This document shows positions 1 to 12,453 of a stretch of 64,000 bases of DNA, one piece after another. A program made the position numbers and the translations under genes. The DNA is from Bugula neritina. Lineage: Eukaryota > Animalia > Bryozoa. The stretch spans positions 6,650,707 to 6,714,706 of the forward strand of contig OZ037767.1 of NCBI GenBank assembly GCA_964035545.1, given 5' to 3'. The number at the start of each line of letters is the position of its first letter. Position 1 is the stretch's first letter. The notes beneath the pieces are model-generated. The model was not told the DNA's origin and ran no database searches. It saw only the letters and a list, made by a program, of their open reading frames with translations.

Positions 1-905
1 AATATTTTAAAATTGGCCAAAGCTTGCATGTTGCTGTTAGCATGGAAAGAAATACACATGTGCATAAAATGAACTATGCAGAGGTTCTTGAATTAAATCA
101 ATTTTTATACTGCTAGTGTAACCTATAGCATAGGCCATAAAATAAATGTAAACACTTATCAACTCCATGACGTTTTTTGTGATAGAAATTGAAAAAATGT
201 TTCTTTCACAAAGCTATAATCATATGTAATTAAATTAAGTGAAAAATTTATTATATGAGAATAGTACAAAAAACATTTAGCTCTTCTATAAAAATGTTTT
301 CAACAAACTTAAACCATTTTGGTACTTATGCAGATCTTGTTAATTAAAAGATGAAAGAATGACATGTTATAGTAACGGTCAGAACTTCTACAAAACCCAG
401 TCTTGTTTTATAAGAGCCTTTATTTACCACACTGTCTATCCAACCATGAACATTTCTAAAGTTTTTTCTGCTGTTATAAGCATTGTACAGTGTTTAGATG
501 ATTGATGAGTTTTAATAGTCTAAATGCTTAGATATTGAAGTGTTCTTTATTAATGATGAATTATTTAACAACAAGGATTGTTTACTAAGATGTTTTTATT
601 TTGGAAACAAACTTATAAATCACAAATTGATTAACAGTCACCTGATAAAAAATATTAGTAATGTAATAATATGATAAAATTTATGGTCTATAATTTAAAC
701 AATACAGCGTTTTACTGTCTTTTGTTATTTGAATCTCAGTGCAAAACTTACATATATAAATGACACTAAATAAATTAAACATCAGCTTTGTTCAATTTAA
801 AGTATGCATGTGCTTTATAAAGTTAACAAGTATAACTACACGTGAATTAGAATTATATAGCAGCATAAGAATGTATAATGTTATAACGCCATAATTGCTT
901 TAAAG

Positions 906-1241
906 CAGAGATGTCCAACCTTTTCAGACCGAGGGCCACTGAAAGAGACTATTTCATGGTGAGGGCCATGTTTTAAACTTTAGCTTGAGCTGAGGGCCAC
1001 AGCATCAGTAGGTTTTAAGTTACTTTATTCCAAATTCTTATGGATCATTACGCAAAAAAGCCCAAATAGTTACTATACAGGCTTGCATGTATGTTTTGTA
1101 TAAATAAGACATTTAGAAAAGGTTTTTAAATCTAATTTATATAAGGTGTGAATGGTAACTTTATGTGTTATGCTTTTGAGGACCACATAAATGTAGGTGG
1201 GAGCCACATCTGAGGCTGAGGCCGCCTGTTGGACAGCCCTG
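906..1241. mobile_element. hAT-type MITE
   Basis: TIRs CAGAGATGTCCAAC / GTTGGACAGCCCTG (12/14 match); 8-bp TSD CTTTAAAG (898-905) / CTTTAGAG (1242-1249); internal GAGGGCCAC subterminal repeats. Confidence 0.8.
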
Positions 1242-1442
1242 CTTTAGAGCGTATATTTACTTGCGCGGTAGCAGTCAAAGGCTCTATGGCATCAATTTTA
1301 ATAATTTGTTAGTAATAAAAAGTGATTTCAAGCTCAGGCTTGGTTTCCCTTCAGTACTTAGTTGCTGATGCTTATAACTGTGTTATTATATAACTTTTAC
1401 AACAATAAGTAATCAACTAATACTGAAAGATTACTTTGTTTT

Positions 1443-1941
1443 TTAGCTGTAAAAGTTATAAATTCTGCTGGCAACTGTTACACCAACATCAAAATCAGAA
1501 ACCAAGACCTTTAAAACTTCAAGCAAGTTTCTGTAAACTTGTTCATTTGCTGTTACATGATTTTTATCATTTATAGCCCATGTCTCAGAATTAGCAAGTA
1601 CTGAACCCCATTGCAGAGTTCTGAAATTATCATAAAGGCAGGCCAATAAACAAAGAATGATGACAATATCCAGTGTCATTTCTAACTTTTGGTCTACGGA
1701 TTTGATTGAGCTTAAGTAACCTGTGGCTGCAGTTTGGAACTGATTCATTTTTTCTTTTCCAAAAATATCATCTAAGGATTTGCCTCCAATTTTTATCATG
1801 CCAACAACAGCTTGTAACTCTCTTCTGTTATCGACTGCTTCACGAACTTTAGGAACCCATTTCTGAATTTGGTCCCTCAGGAAAGTTTGGACAGTTTGAT
1901 CATTTACATTATTTAAATCTTCCAACAGCTCTAAATCCACT
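1443..1941 (-). CDS. Terminal coding exon of an uncharacterised, probably helical protein (orphan family); upstream exons uncertain
   Basis: 165 open codons in AT-rich DNA after a TTTTCAG acceptor (AG at 1943-1942); decayed paralog at ~7050-7521 conserves FL..Q...W.P.. and ..C.LAC...N. Confidence 0.6.
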
Positions 1942-2417
1942 CTGAAAATAAATTTATTGGAATGAGTGGAAAAAGTCCATAATTATAATGATAGGCAAAG
2001 AAGGGTTATAGCAGATCCTATAACTATACAAGTTTTATATTAACTTTAGGTGTAATACTAAAAATTTAGATTAGAAAAATAGTGCCTGAAGGCCATATTT
2101 ATTCACTCACTTTCTAACTCACCAACAATAAATTTTGGCTGGGTACAATAAAATAATATAGAGCTTATAGTATGAATATCCAAACGTTGCCAACAAACAG
2201 TTATTGTGCATAAAAATTAAACAGCCTTGTGTTGTATTACATCATTCTTACTACACAAAATTATGAAAAGCTTTTAGTTAGACAAATAGTTTTCCTATCT
2301 ACAAATTAAAATGATTTTATATACATATGTACGTATGTATGTATGTATGCGTATGTGCATGTTTATAGTTCTCATCTATCTCCGCCATGGCTTAATAGGG
2401 TTGTGGAGAAATATTAG

Positions 2418-2620
2418 ACACACTCACACTCACACTCACACTCACACTCACACTCACACTCACACTCACACTCACACTCACACTCACACTCACACTCACA
2501 CTCACACTCACACTCACACTCACACTCACACTCACACTCACACTCACACTCACACTCACACTCACACTCACACTCACACTCACACTCACACTCACACTCA
2601 CACTCACACTCACACTCACA

Positions 2621-2653
<33 letters not shown>

Positions 2654-2674
2654 TCTCTTTCTCTTTCTCTTTCT
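2418..2674. repeat. (CACACT)n microsatellite followed by (CT)n/(CTTTCT)n
   Basis: Direct tandem repeat. Confidence 0.95.
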
Positions 2675-2855
2675 CGTACTTTTATTACAGTATTTACTCT
2701 CACATCCACGTTATCAACTTTGAAACCCCTTTATTATTTGTTCTGTTTTTGTTAATATTCATTCTCCTATGGCTATTATTATCTCTCATATCCTTATTAC
2801 ATTACTTTTTCTCACACCCGCACATTTTTAGCTTTCACATTCATGTTATTAACAG

Positions 2856-4290
2856 ACCATGTAAAACTCAGCCTATCAAGGGATTGTACCATACTCAAAT
2901 ATCTCACCAATATATAAAGTTATTATGCGAGTTTAAATGCACAATGCATGCTTTTAAAAGTACTTTCGCAATTTTTGCTATGTACATTTTTCAATTACAT
3001 ATTTTATGTTTCGTGCATTGGGCTCATTTACTATTGTTTCTAAATTTATGTGTTTGTTCCTTATAATGACCATGCTTATGTATCTACAAAACTCAGGACC
3101 TGGCTGGGGAAAGTAGAGAGCAAACTTGATATGTTATTTACAAGCAATCAGGCATTATTTGCCTTCATGAATAAATAGAAGACAAAATAAAATATTAGAA
3201 AATATCTTCTTGATAGTTCATGAGTCATGTTGTTTCTATGATTGGTAGATATGTGCAAAAAAGTTGACTGAAGAAATCGTGCTGGCTTTGCAAAATGTTT
3301 ATTGCAATCTACTAACTGCTGTGGTAGGTAAATAGTTTTAATGTTAGAAATCAAACGTAGTCCTGAAAGATTGTAACCAACAGTGTTTGTAATAATTCAT
3401 TTTTGAAGAGTTTAGATGGTGTCCAAACTACAATAAAATAACCTGGGTCTTAGAACAAGGATGACCATTTTTAACTTATAAATATTGAGAATAGATGCTA
3501 AAGTGAGTTAGAAGTGTTGGCTTTAGTACTGCATGCAGCCTTGCTTTAAATTTCAATTGTCTTAGTTATTATATAATTTATTTTATTATTGGGAAGAATT
3601 AGCCTGTAAATAGGTACTGTACCAATATTGCATAAATATAAGTCATCAAATTACTTCAAAAGTACTAGTTTTATTGACAGGTATAGTAATGAGCTTTTAA
3701 CTAATAAAATTTACATGGTAATGTACACCAACGCAAGCAGAAGTATTTTTGATATATACTTAAGCATATAGGTTTTGCAATACTGCGAATTTGTAAAATA
3801 TATTTTTAGACTAGTTTCAATAGTTACAATATGCACCATTAAATTATAAATTCAGTAAGTAATGCAGAACTTTCCAAGATTTTATGACCCATCAGAGTTG
3901 TGTACCAAGTTTGGTTTACATAATCACCCAACTGCCAAATAAATAACTCATTCATGTTATAATAACAAAGCAGAAAGCACTGTTCATTTTCAAGTGCACT
4001 GGCTGAAGTAGTAGTTCAGCTAGTTTGTCCAGGGTATATTTTCAGAGTTGTAATTTTCGATTGAAATTTTCAAACAATTTATTTTAGAAAAAATAAACAA
4101 TGAACTCAATGCTCTAAACCTAAAATAAAAAAATTAAATAATGCACATAGCAAAGTTTGCAATTCAAGTATTTTTAGAAGCGTGCATCATACACTTGCAG
4201 ACCTTGTAAAATTTTATATAATTATTTTATAACGGTGAGATATTCTAGTGGCACAATCCCCTTATATATATAAACTGAGTTTTACATGGT
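2856..4290. mobile_element. Candidate ~1.4 kb non-autonomous DNA-transposon insertion
   Basis: 16-bp perfect inverted repeats ACCATGTAAAACTCAG (2856-2871) / CTGAGTTTTACATGGT (4275-4290); the flanks are roughly contiguous in paralogous units (~6320-6480, ~9490-9650). Confidence 0.4.
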
Positions 4291-4371
4291 TTATTATCAT
4301 ACCTCTATTCTGATGTCAAAGTGTTTGTGTACAGTAACAATATTTGAGTATGCATCAGTCTATAGGTTTAC

Positions 4372-4575
4372 CTGATTATTAGATAGGACTGGTGCTGTTC
4401 CATATTTTTTCCTCCGAAATTTTGTAACTACAATGACACAAAGAGTAATGATAATGATGGTTGCATGCTTTGAAGTTATTGGGTTTAGTTAGTCATTCTT
4501 CATTTACATCACCTAAGTAAGTGAGCAAGTTATACCAATAATGTGCCAGCCAGATTTTCACATTGTATAAGTTTC
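4372..4575 (-). pseudogene. Disrupted transmembrane-encoding exon of the orphan family
   Basis: Reads GNLYNVKIWLAHYWYNLLTYLGDVNEE*LTKPNNFKA/TIIIITLCVIVVTKFRRKKYG.. between TTTTAG and CAG|GTAAAC; one TGA and a 4-nt insertion; homologs at ~6490-6700 and ~9660-9860. Confidence 0.5.
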
Positions 4576-7049
4576 CTAAAATCATTAAAATAATTATAAA
4601 TTCTAATTACAAAACTAAACTTGTTTTATGGTATGAGCAAGCCATTACGACTCTTTTAGTTATAATGCCTGAAGCTTTACTCGAAACACAATTTACGGCA
4701 ACAGTAATTTAAATAAGCTAACTCATCTAAGAGTTCTTTTTAATGCTGCATCTAGTTCTATTTCATGTTAAACAAATACAATTTTTCTGATAGAATTGTA
4801 GCTGAGATGTGGATTTGACTATGGCAACCATTTAATGTATGCATATATAATATATTTGACTCTTTTGGTTTGTGGTACTTGAACACCTATGAGAAAATGA
4901 CAGAGGAAGCAATTTCAGATATACTACCGCTGACTTTTAATATATGCAATTAATAGTGACTATAAAAACAAAACAAAGCACCAAACTAATAATAGTTAGT
5001 CAGATAAAAATAGGGAAACCTGAAGAATTTTTCTCTTTTCACAATATGTAAGGCCATAACTTACAGCGTGGCCCAGAATCTATAAATATTAGGGTGTCTG
5101 CATGAAGTTTAGTTCCAAAATTACTAAACTTATGCATAAATAGTTTACATGGCAGACACCTATTTAGGTAAATTTATTGCATCTATAAGCTGCTTAGCCA
5201 CATCATCAAATGTCCTTATATAAACCTTAGAAGCAAATTTCATCTAAAGTTTGGTTTGGGAAATTACCATAATATCTAATATATAGCCAAATGGGCTATC
5301 TAAGATATAACACTAAAACATATATAATGCACCTATGCGACGTAATGTTATAATGGATTACAAATATAGTTACCTGATTTATTTGCAACCTTTCCTTTTT
5401 TCTGTGTTCATTCAACTTGAGTTTTTGCAGTTGTGTAAATTTAGAGAAGCGGTTTTGTTTTTATATAAGCTACAAGCTGTCCATAGCCAATCATAGCTCC
5501 AAAGAGAAACAAATAATTGAATACCCATAGTAATTTGAGTTATAGAAATAAACTTGGATATCAATTTACAATAGCAACTTCTCATGTCTGGTAGTTTTAG
5601 CAAAGCTCTTGTTGCTATGCAGCGGTTTTCTATAGCCAATCATTGCGTTGCAGAAAAGAAGCAAACAATAGTGCAGCTGTAGTTATTTGATTTAGAAATA
5701 TAAACTTGGGTATCAAATTACAATAGCAACTTCTGGTGTCTGGTATATTTCAATAATTAATCCAATCAATAATGAGCATAACAATTAGCTAACTAGCAGG
5801 GATCAAAAGAGTTATGCTTTGCTATAGTTGCTGCTATTTTGAAGCCATTCTGTGATACCTAAAAAATTTCAATGCACATAAGTGCTATTGTATTGATTAT
5901 AAATGGTGGCAACTAGCATGCATTTGTCATAAATAACAATACTCGGCTTCTTCCAGCAAAAACTACATTACAGTGCCTTTAAAGTCTTTGTTTAATGTTT
6001 TATATAGATGTGTGGGAATGTGCAAGAAATGGCCAGCATAGGCAGTTTGAATCTTGAGTTGAACAATTTTTAGAGAAAATCGCCCTGTTTCATATAGAGT
6101 GCCAAATAATCAAAAATTCATTCTTTATTGTATTCCATATATTCACAATAAAATATCTAACCACTATTCTTCCTCATATGCTCACAAAAAGCTCTCATAG
6201 GTCTATATTCTGCTCTGATATCTTAAGTACTCATGCTCTTAATTCTATTACTTGTCTTATACTAATATCATTTCTTTCCATTATATCTTCTCTTCCTGCT
6301 ATGCCCAGTATTCAGTTTCATACATCTATTCTGCACTTCCAAACCTTTGATACTTTGCTCTGTTATAGTCATTATTTATTCTTCTATGGCTATTATATTA
6401 TCCCTCATACCCATATTTTGATGCTGCAGTCTTTGTGTGCTTGTGACAATGATATTAATGTATGTACAAGTCTATATTATATCTATATCAAGCTGACGAA
6501 TATAGGCTAAGCCCGTAGCACTATGTCAAAACTTGTGTGGACAACTATAACAACACAGCACGTAATAACAATTGTTCAGTTAAGACCCTTGGTCAGTTCT
6601 CAATTACATGTACATCACCCAAGTGAGTGAGTAAGCTATAGTAAAAGTGGGGCAACTAGATTTGTATGTTAATCTAGTACAAAAAGGTTTACGGCTTTAA
6701 ATTTTCCAAACACGTAAAACTATATTCACTGTAAATATTAATATTATAATGATGAAAGGTGACCATTAATATTATAATATAAAAATTACAGTGGATAAAT
6801 ATAGATGATACAAATCATATTTTAAGAGCATTTTTATGCTGATAATAGCCATAGTGGTAAATAAAAATGATATAAACTCATATGTGTTGAACCACGCCTT
6901 ATCTAAGCTGTAAATTTTAATTAACATCTATTTTATTCAATTTTTGTTATAAAAGTCTATTAACTTATATTGTTTTCTTTTATTTCTATACTTATCAATA
7001 CTGTCACAAAACAGAATTGATTTTGGTCATTTTATACTTTTTTTTAAAT

Positions 7050-7521
7050 ACACACTCACAGTCCCCATGCAGTTTCTAACTATCTTTCACAACTCAGCTG
7101 CTAATGAATGTGTAGGTTTTTGATTAAAACGAATAAAATAGTAGCAAATACAACTAAATAGAATCAAGGTTCTTTTTAATTTTGCTTAATTTCCTATGTT
7201 TTTTCCCAAATTCTCAACAATGCAGGCCAATACACAAACAATGCTAGAAAAATCCTGTAGCACTGAAACTAAATCAGTTTCATCTCAATTGAAGTCTTGC
7301 ATCATTATAAGGGAATCTAGTTACACTTTCATGCCCAAAAGTCTGCCCAATTAAGAGATCTGCCATTAATTCTTGTTTTAAAAATAAGGATTCTTAAATC
7401 AGTCTGTCTGGTAATTGCTTGAACTATTACAGGAGTCCAGATTTCAAGTTGTCTACAGAGAAAGTTATGGATGGCATTGGGAGTTGCACTGCTTGGCATC
7501 TGCATCATCATTAAATCCATT
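7050..7521 (-). pseudogene. Frameshifted paralog of the 1443-1941 exon
   Basis: Same acceptor context (TTTTCAG|A-NTG-GAT-TTA); MDLMMMQ..FLCRQLEIWTP..INGRSL / TFGHESVTRF / SSIVCVLACIVENL lie in separate frameshifted segments. Confidence 0.65.
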
Positions 7522-8391
7522 CTGAAAACAAGTGCATGTAGACTCAAAACAAAAAGGGCATGCAAATAAAGTTATTTATAATTAACAAAACTACATCAAG
7601 GTTGAAAAACCAGCACACATCATGTATTTATCAAGACTATTTGACAGCTTAAAATTTATGGTCAGAAGGAGAACGTCAATAGTACAGTCAGCAGCACTGG
7701 CAGCTTATCGTTAGATTACCAATATATACAATATCTGATCATTTATAAAATAAATACTGCACAACAATAAAATTGAAATAGATTTTATAATACTGTTGTA
7801 ACGAAAAAAAGAACTATTGATGGAAAATTAAATGGCCAATGTAATATGTAATATGTAAACTTCATAAATACATTTTGCATCAATCAATTATATGCATTTA
7901 ATTACTGTTAATTGCGCAGCTTTTATAATTACATACAATTTTCATCTCTTATCTTAAATTTATGCATCTTTAAAGTTTTTAAACCATATGTTTAGAAACT
8001 TCAATTAAGATTTGCATGATGACTGCAAATAAAGTACCCGTGTAAAATTTTGCCTCAGCTGTTGATGCATAACATACTTTATGATTTTGATTGACGTTAT
8101 AGTGGGGTGTGAATTTGTTTAGTGATGAGTAAAAACTATATGGGCCATCACTACTTTCTTACCACATTTACAAGCGTTTATCAGGTAGGTCATACATATA
8201 TATAATAACAGAAGTTGAACACAATGAAAAATTTGTGTTTTGTTTGTCAATAATTATTAATTATTATTATTAAATAGTTTGAAGATACCATTTTTTTTAA
8301 CAAGGGCTAGAATAAACTGCCTAAGTCTAATATACAACAATAGTTTATTGGATGTACATAAACTGCCACTACTTCCTGCATATAATAACAG

Positions 8392-8921
8392 GATGGTATA
8401 GCATGATGTAATACTATAATGGATTACAAATATAGTTAGCTGACTTATTTCCAATCTGCCCTTCTTTATTCAATCATTCAAGTTAAGTTTTTGCAGCTGT
8501 GTAAGTTTAGAGAAGCTCTTGTTGCTATATGCATTATAGGAGCATTCTACAGCCAAATATTGCTTTTCAAAAAAGTAAATAATAGTACAGCTGCAGTTAT
8601 GGGATTTAGAAAAATAAACTTGGATATCAGTTCACAATAGCAACTTTTCATGTCTGCAGACATGAAAAGTTGCTATTGTGAACTGATATCCAAGTTTATT
8701 TTTCTAAATCCCATAACTGCAGCTGTACTATTATTTACTTTTTTGAAAAGCAATATTTGGCTGTAGAATGCTCCTATAATGCATATAGCAACAAGAGCTT
8801 CTCTAAACTTACACAGCTGCAAAAACTTAACTTGAATGATTGAATAAAGAAGGGCAGATTGGAAATAAGTCAGCTAACTATATTTGTAATCCATTATAGT
8901 ATTACATCATGCTATACCATC
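8392..8921. repeat. Perfect 530-bp palindrome (265-bp arms, no spacer)
   Basis: Arms read as exact reverse complements; centre TGTCTG|CAGACA at 8656/8657. Confidence 0.95.
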
Positions 8922-11900
8922 TATGGTAAATATCTCCCTATTCAAATCTATTATTATTCCACTAATTATAGCTTCCAATCAATAATGAGCATAAAAATTA
9001 GCTAACTATACTGCTGCTTTGAAGTCATTCTGCAATACCTGAAAAAGTTTGATGCACAGTGCTATTGTATTGATTATAAACAGTGGCAAGTAGCGTGCAT
9101 TTGTCATGAATGACAATGGTTGGCGTCTTCAAACAAAAGATACAGCGCCTTTAAAGTCTTTGTTGAAGAACATATAGATTTTTGGTAATGTGCAAGAAAT
9201 GGCCAGCATAGGCAGTTTGAATCTTGAGTTGAACAATTTTTAGAGAAAATCGCCCAGTTTCATATAGAGTGTCAAATAATCAAAAATTCATTCTTTATTG
9301 TATTCCATATATTCACAATAAAATATCTAACCACTATTCTTCCTCATATGCTCACAACAAGCTCTCATAGGTCTATATTCTGCTCTGATATCTTAATTAC
9401 TCATGTTCTTAGGTTTATTACTTGTCTCATACTATTATCATTTCTTTCCATTATACCTTCTCTCTCTGCTATGCCCAGTACTCAGCTTCATACATCTATT
9501 CTGCATTTCCACACCTCTTTTTATTTTGCTCTGTTATAGTCATTATTCGTTCTCCTATTGCTATTATTATTACCTGCATATTACCCATATTATTCTGATG
9601 CTGCAGTATTTGTGTACATGTCACAATGATATTTGAGTAGTACAAGTATATGTCTACTATATGCTGAGGAATAGGCTAAACCAATGTCAAAACTTGTGTG
9701 GTTAACTATAAGGACACAAATAATAATAATGGTTGTTAAGTGAGTGAAAACCTGTGGTCATTATTCAATTACATGTACAGCACCCAAGTGAGTGAGCAAG
9801 CTATATATTGAAAGTGTGGCAACTATATTTTTATGTTCATCAAGTACAAAAGGTTTCTAAAAACATAAAACTATATTCACTGTAAATATTAATATTAAAA
9901 TAGTGAAAGGTGAAAGGTGACCATTAATATTATAATATAAAAATTACAATGTATAAAGTATGAATAATAAAAATCATATTTTAAGAGCATTTATATGCTG
10001 ATGCTAGCCATAGTGGTAAATAGAAATAATATAAACTTATATATGTCAAACCACGCTTTAGCAAAGCTGTAAACTTGAATTAGCATCTATTTTCAATTTT
10101 TTTATAAAAGTCTATTAACTTACATTGTTTTTTATTTGTTTTATTTTTATACTTCCAATACTCTCATAAAATAGATTCGATTTGGGTCAATTTATAATTA
10201 TTTTTTTAAATACACACTCACAGTCCAAATGCAGTTTCCAACTATTTTTCGCAGCTCAGCTGCTAATGCATGCATGTGTAGGTTTTTGACTAAAACCAAT
10301 AAAATAGTAGCAAATACAACTAAATACAATCACGGTTTTTTTAATTTTGCTTAATTTCCAATGTGTTTTTACTAATTTGGATCTTTGTACCGTCACTATT
10401 TATAGCTGTACTTAAAAATGTAAAAATATTTGTAGTCTGCATTTGATTCATTATATTTAGTATTTAATTAGTATTTATATCATTGAAAGATAAATTATTC
10501 AAAAGTTGACAAAAGCTTGTATATTTACTGTTGGCATGTGCATTACAATAATGTGAAATAGGCAACTGTTACTATTGCATGTACACACGTTTTTTATTTC
10601 AACTTAAGAGAAATCATGCCAATAACAGCACCAAGTACTACGTTAGCTGTAGTTGCCTATGTTGGCAGCTTATTGTTCGATTACCAATATATGCAATATC
10701 TGCTCATTTATAAAATAAATACTGCACAGCAGTAAAATTGAAATATATTTTATAATACTGTTGTAACAAAAAAAACTATTGATGAAAAATTAAATGGCCA
10801 ATGTAATATGTAAACTTCATAAATACATTTTGCATCAATCAATTATATGCATTTAATTACTGTTAATTGCGCAGCTTTTATAATTACATACAATTTTCAT
10901 CTCTTATCTTAAATTTATGCATCTTTAAAGTTTTTAAACCAAATGTTTAGAAAATTCAATTAAGATTTGCATGATGACTGCAAATAAAGTACCCTTGTAC
11001 AATTTTGCCTCAGCTGTTGATGCATAACATACTTTATGATTTTGATTGACGTAGTGGGGTATGAATTTGTTTAGTGATAAGTAAAAACTATATGGGCCAT
11101 CACTACTTTCTTACCACATTTACAAACTCTAGGACAAATTTAGCAGTTTTCAGCTAGGCCATACACAATGAAAAATGCAATGAAAAATCTGTGTTTTGTT
11201 GTGTTAATAATTATTAATTATTATTATTAAATAGTTTGAAGATACCATTTTTTAACAAGGGCTTGAATAAACAGCCCAAGTTTAATATGCAACAAGTTTA
11301 TTGACTGTACATAAACTGCCACTACTTCCTGCATATAACAACAAAATGGTATACCGTGATGTAATACCATAATGGATTACAAATGTAGTTATAGCTGACG
11401 TATTTACAATCTGCCCTTCTTTATTCGATCATTCAAGTTAAGTTTTTGCAGCTGTGTAAGTTTAGAGAAGCTTTTGTTGCTATATGCATAGAAGCATTCT
11501 ACAGGCAATTATTGCTTTGGGGGGGGAGAGGAGGGAGTAAATAATAGTACAGCTGTAGTTATTTGAGTTAGAAAAATAAACTTAGATATCAAATTACAAT
11601 AGCAACTTTTTATGTCTGGGATAAATTGCCTTATTCAAATTTACATTTATATTCTAATGACTACAGTCCAATCAATAATAAGCATAAAATTGACTATAAA
11701 GTTATGCTTGAGTATAGTTATACTGCTGTTTTGAAGTTATTCTAGCATACCTTTAACAATTTAATACACAGTGTTACTGTATTGACTATAAATGGTAAAG
11801 ATTGGCATGTTTGTGCGATGAATGACAATGACTGGAATCTTCAGTGGCAAGTTACAATGCTTTTAAAGGCTCTGTTGAAGATTCTTTAGGTTTGTGGGAT

Positions 11901-12453
11901 TATACAGAAAATGGCCAGCATGCAGTTTGAATATTGAGTTGTGCTATTGTTATCAGGCGGCAGTTTTATATATTTCATGAAGTGCCAAATGATTAAAATC
12001 AATAATTATTGTATTTCATATGCTCATAATAAAGTATCTATAGCCATTATTCTCTTTCATATGCTGAAAAAACACTTTATAATTTGCTCTTATAATATTT
12101 TCATTGTTCATGCTCTTATATATAAGTCTTAAGTGTGTTATTTGTCTCCCACTGTTATCATTTCTTAACTGATTGCTTCTTTTGTTTTAAACAAAAAGGA
12201 TTCATGTTTTGCTTTATCTACAAATAGCCAACATTTATTTTATGAACTGCCACAAAATAATAATGAAAAGCATAACAATTTGCAAACAAGGCTTGCAGTA
12301 AAATATATTACGCTTAAAGTTATAAAACAATAATTGATACATAAGATATTGTGAAATACATAATAATAGGAATAAGTATGTGTAACATATTAGAAGCTGT
12401 CCCATGCCATCTTGCTAGTCATTAATTTCAAGTTACTTCCCTCGCAGTAGCCA

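Larger units (their letters stand above)
5340..12170. repeat. Tandem segmental duplication, ~2.7-3.2 kb unit, ~2.3 copies
   Basis: Same block at ~6026, ~9196 and ~11908; ~7705-8390 near-identical to ~10660-11345. Confidence 0.9.

Noticed and set aside
2311-3066. ORFs of 251 and 105 aa
   Set aside because: Open only because of (CACACT)n/(CT)n microsatellites
3148-3354. 68-aa ORF after an acceptor-like site
   Set aside because: No donor or homology, and it lies inside the putative insertion
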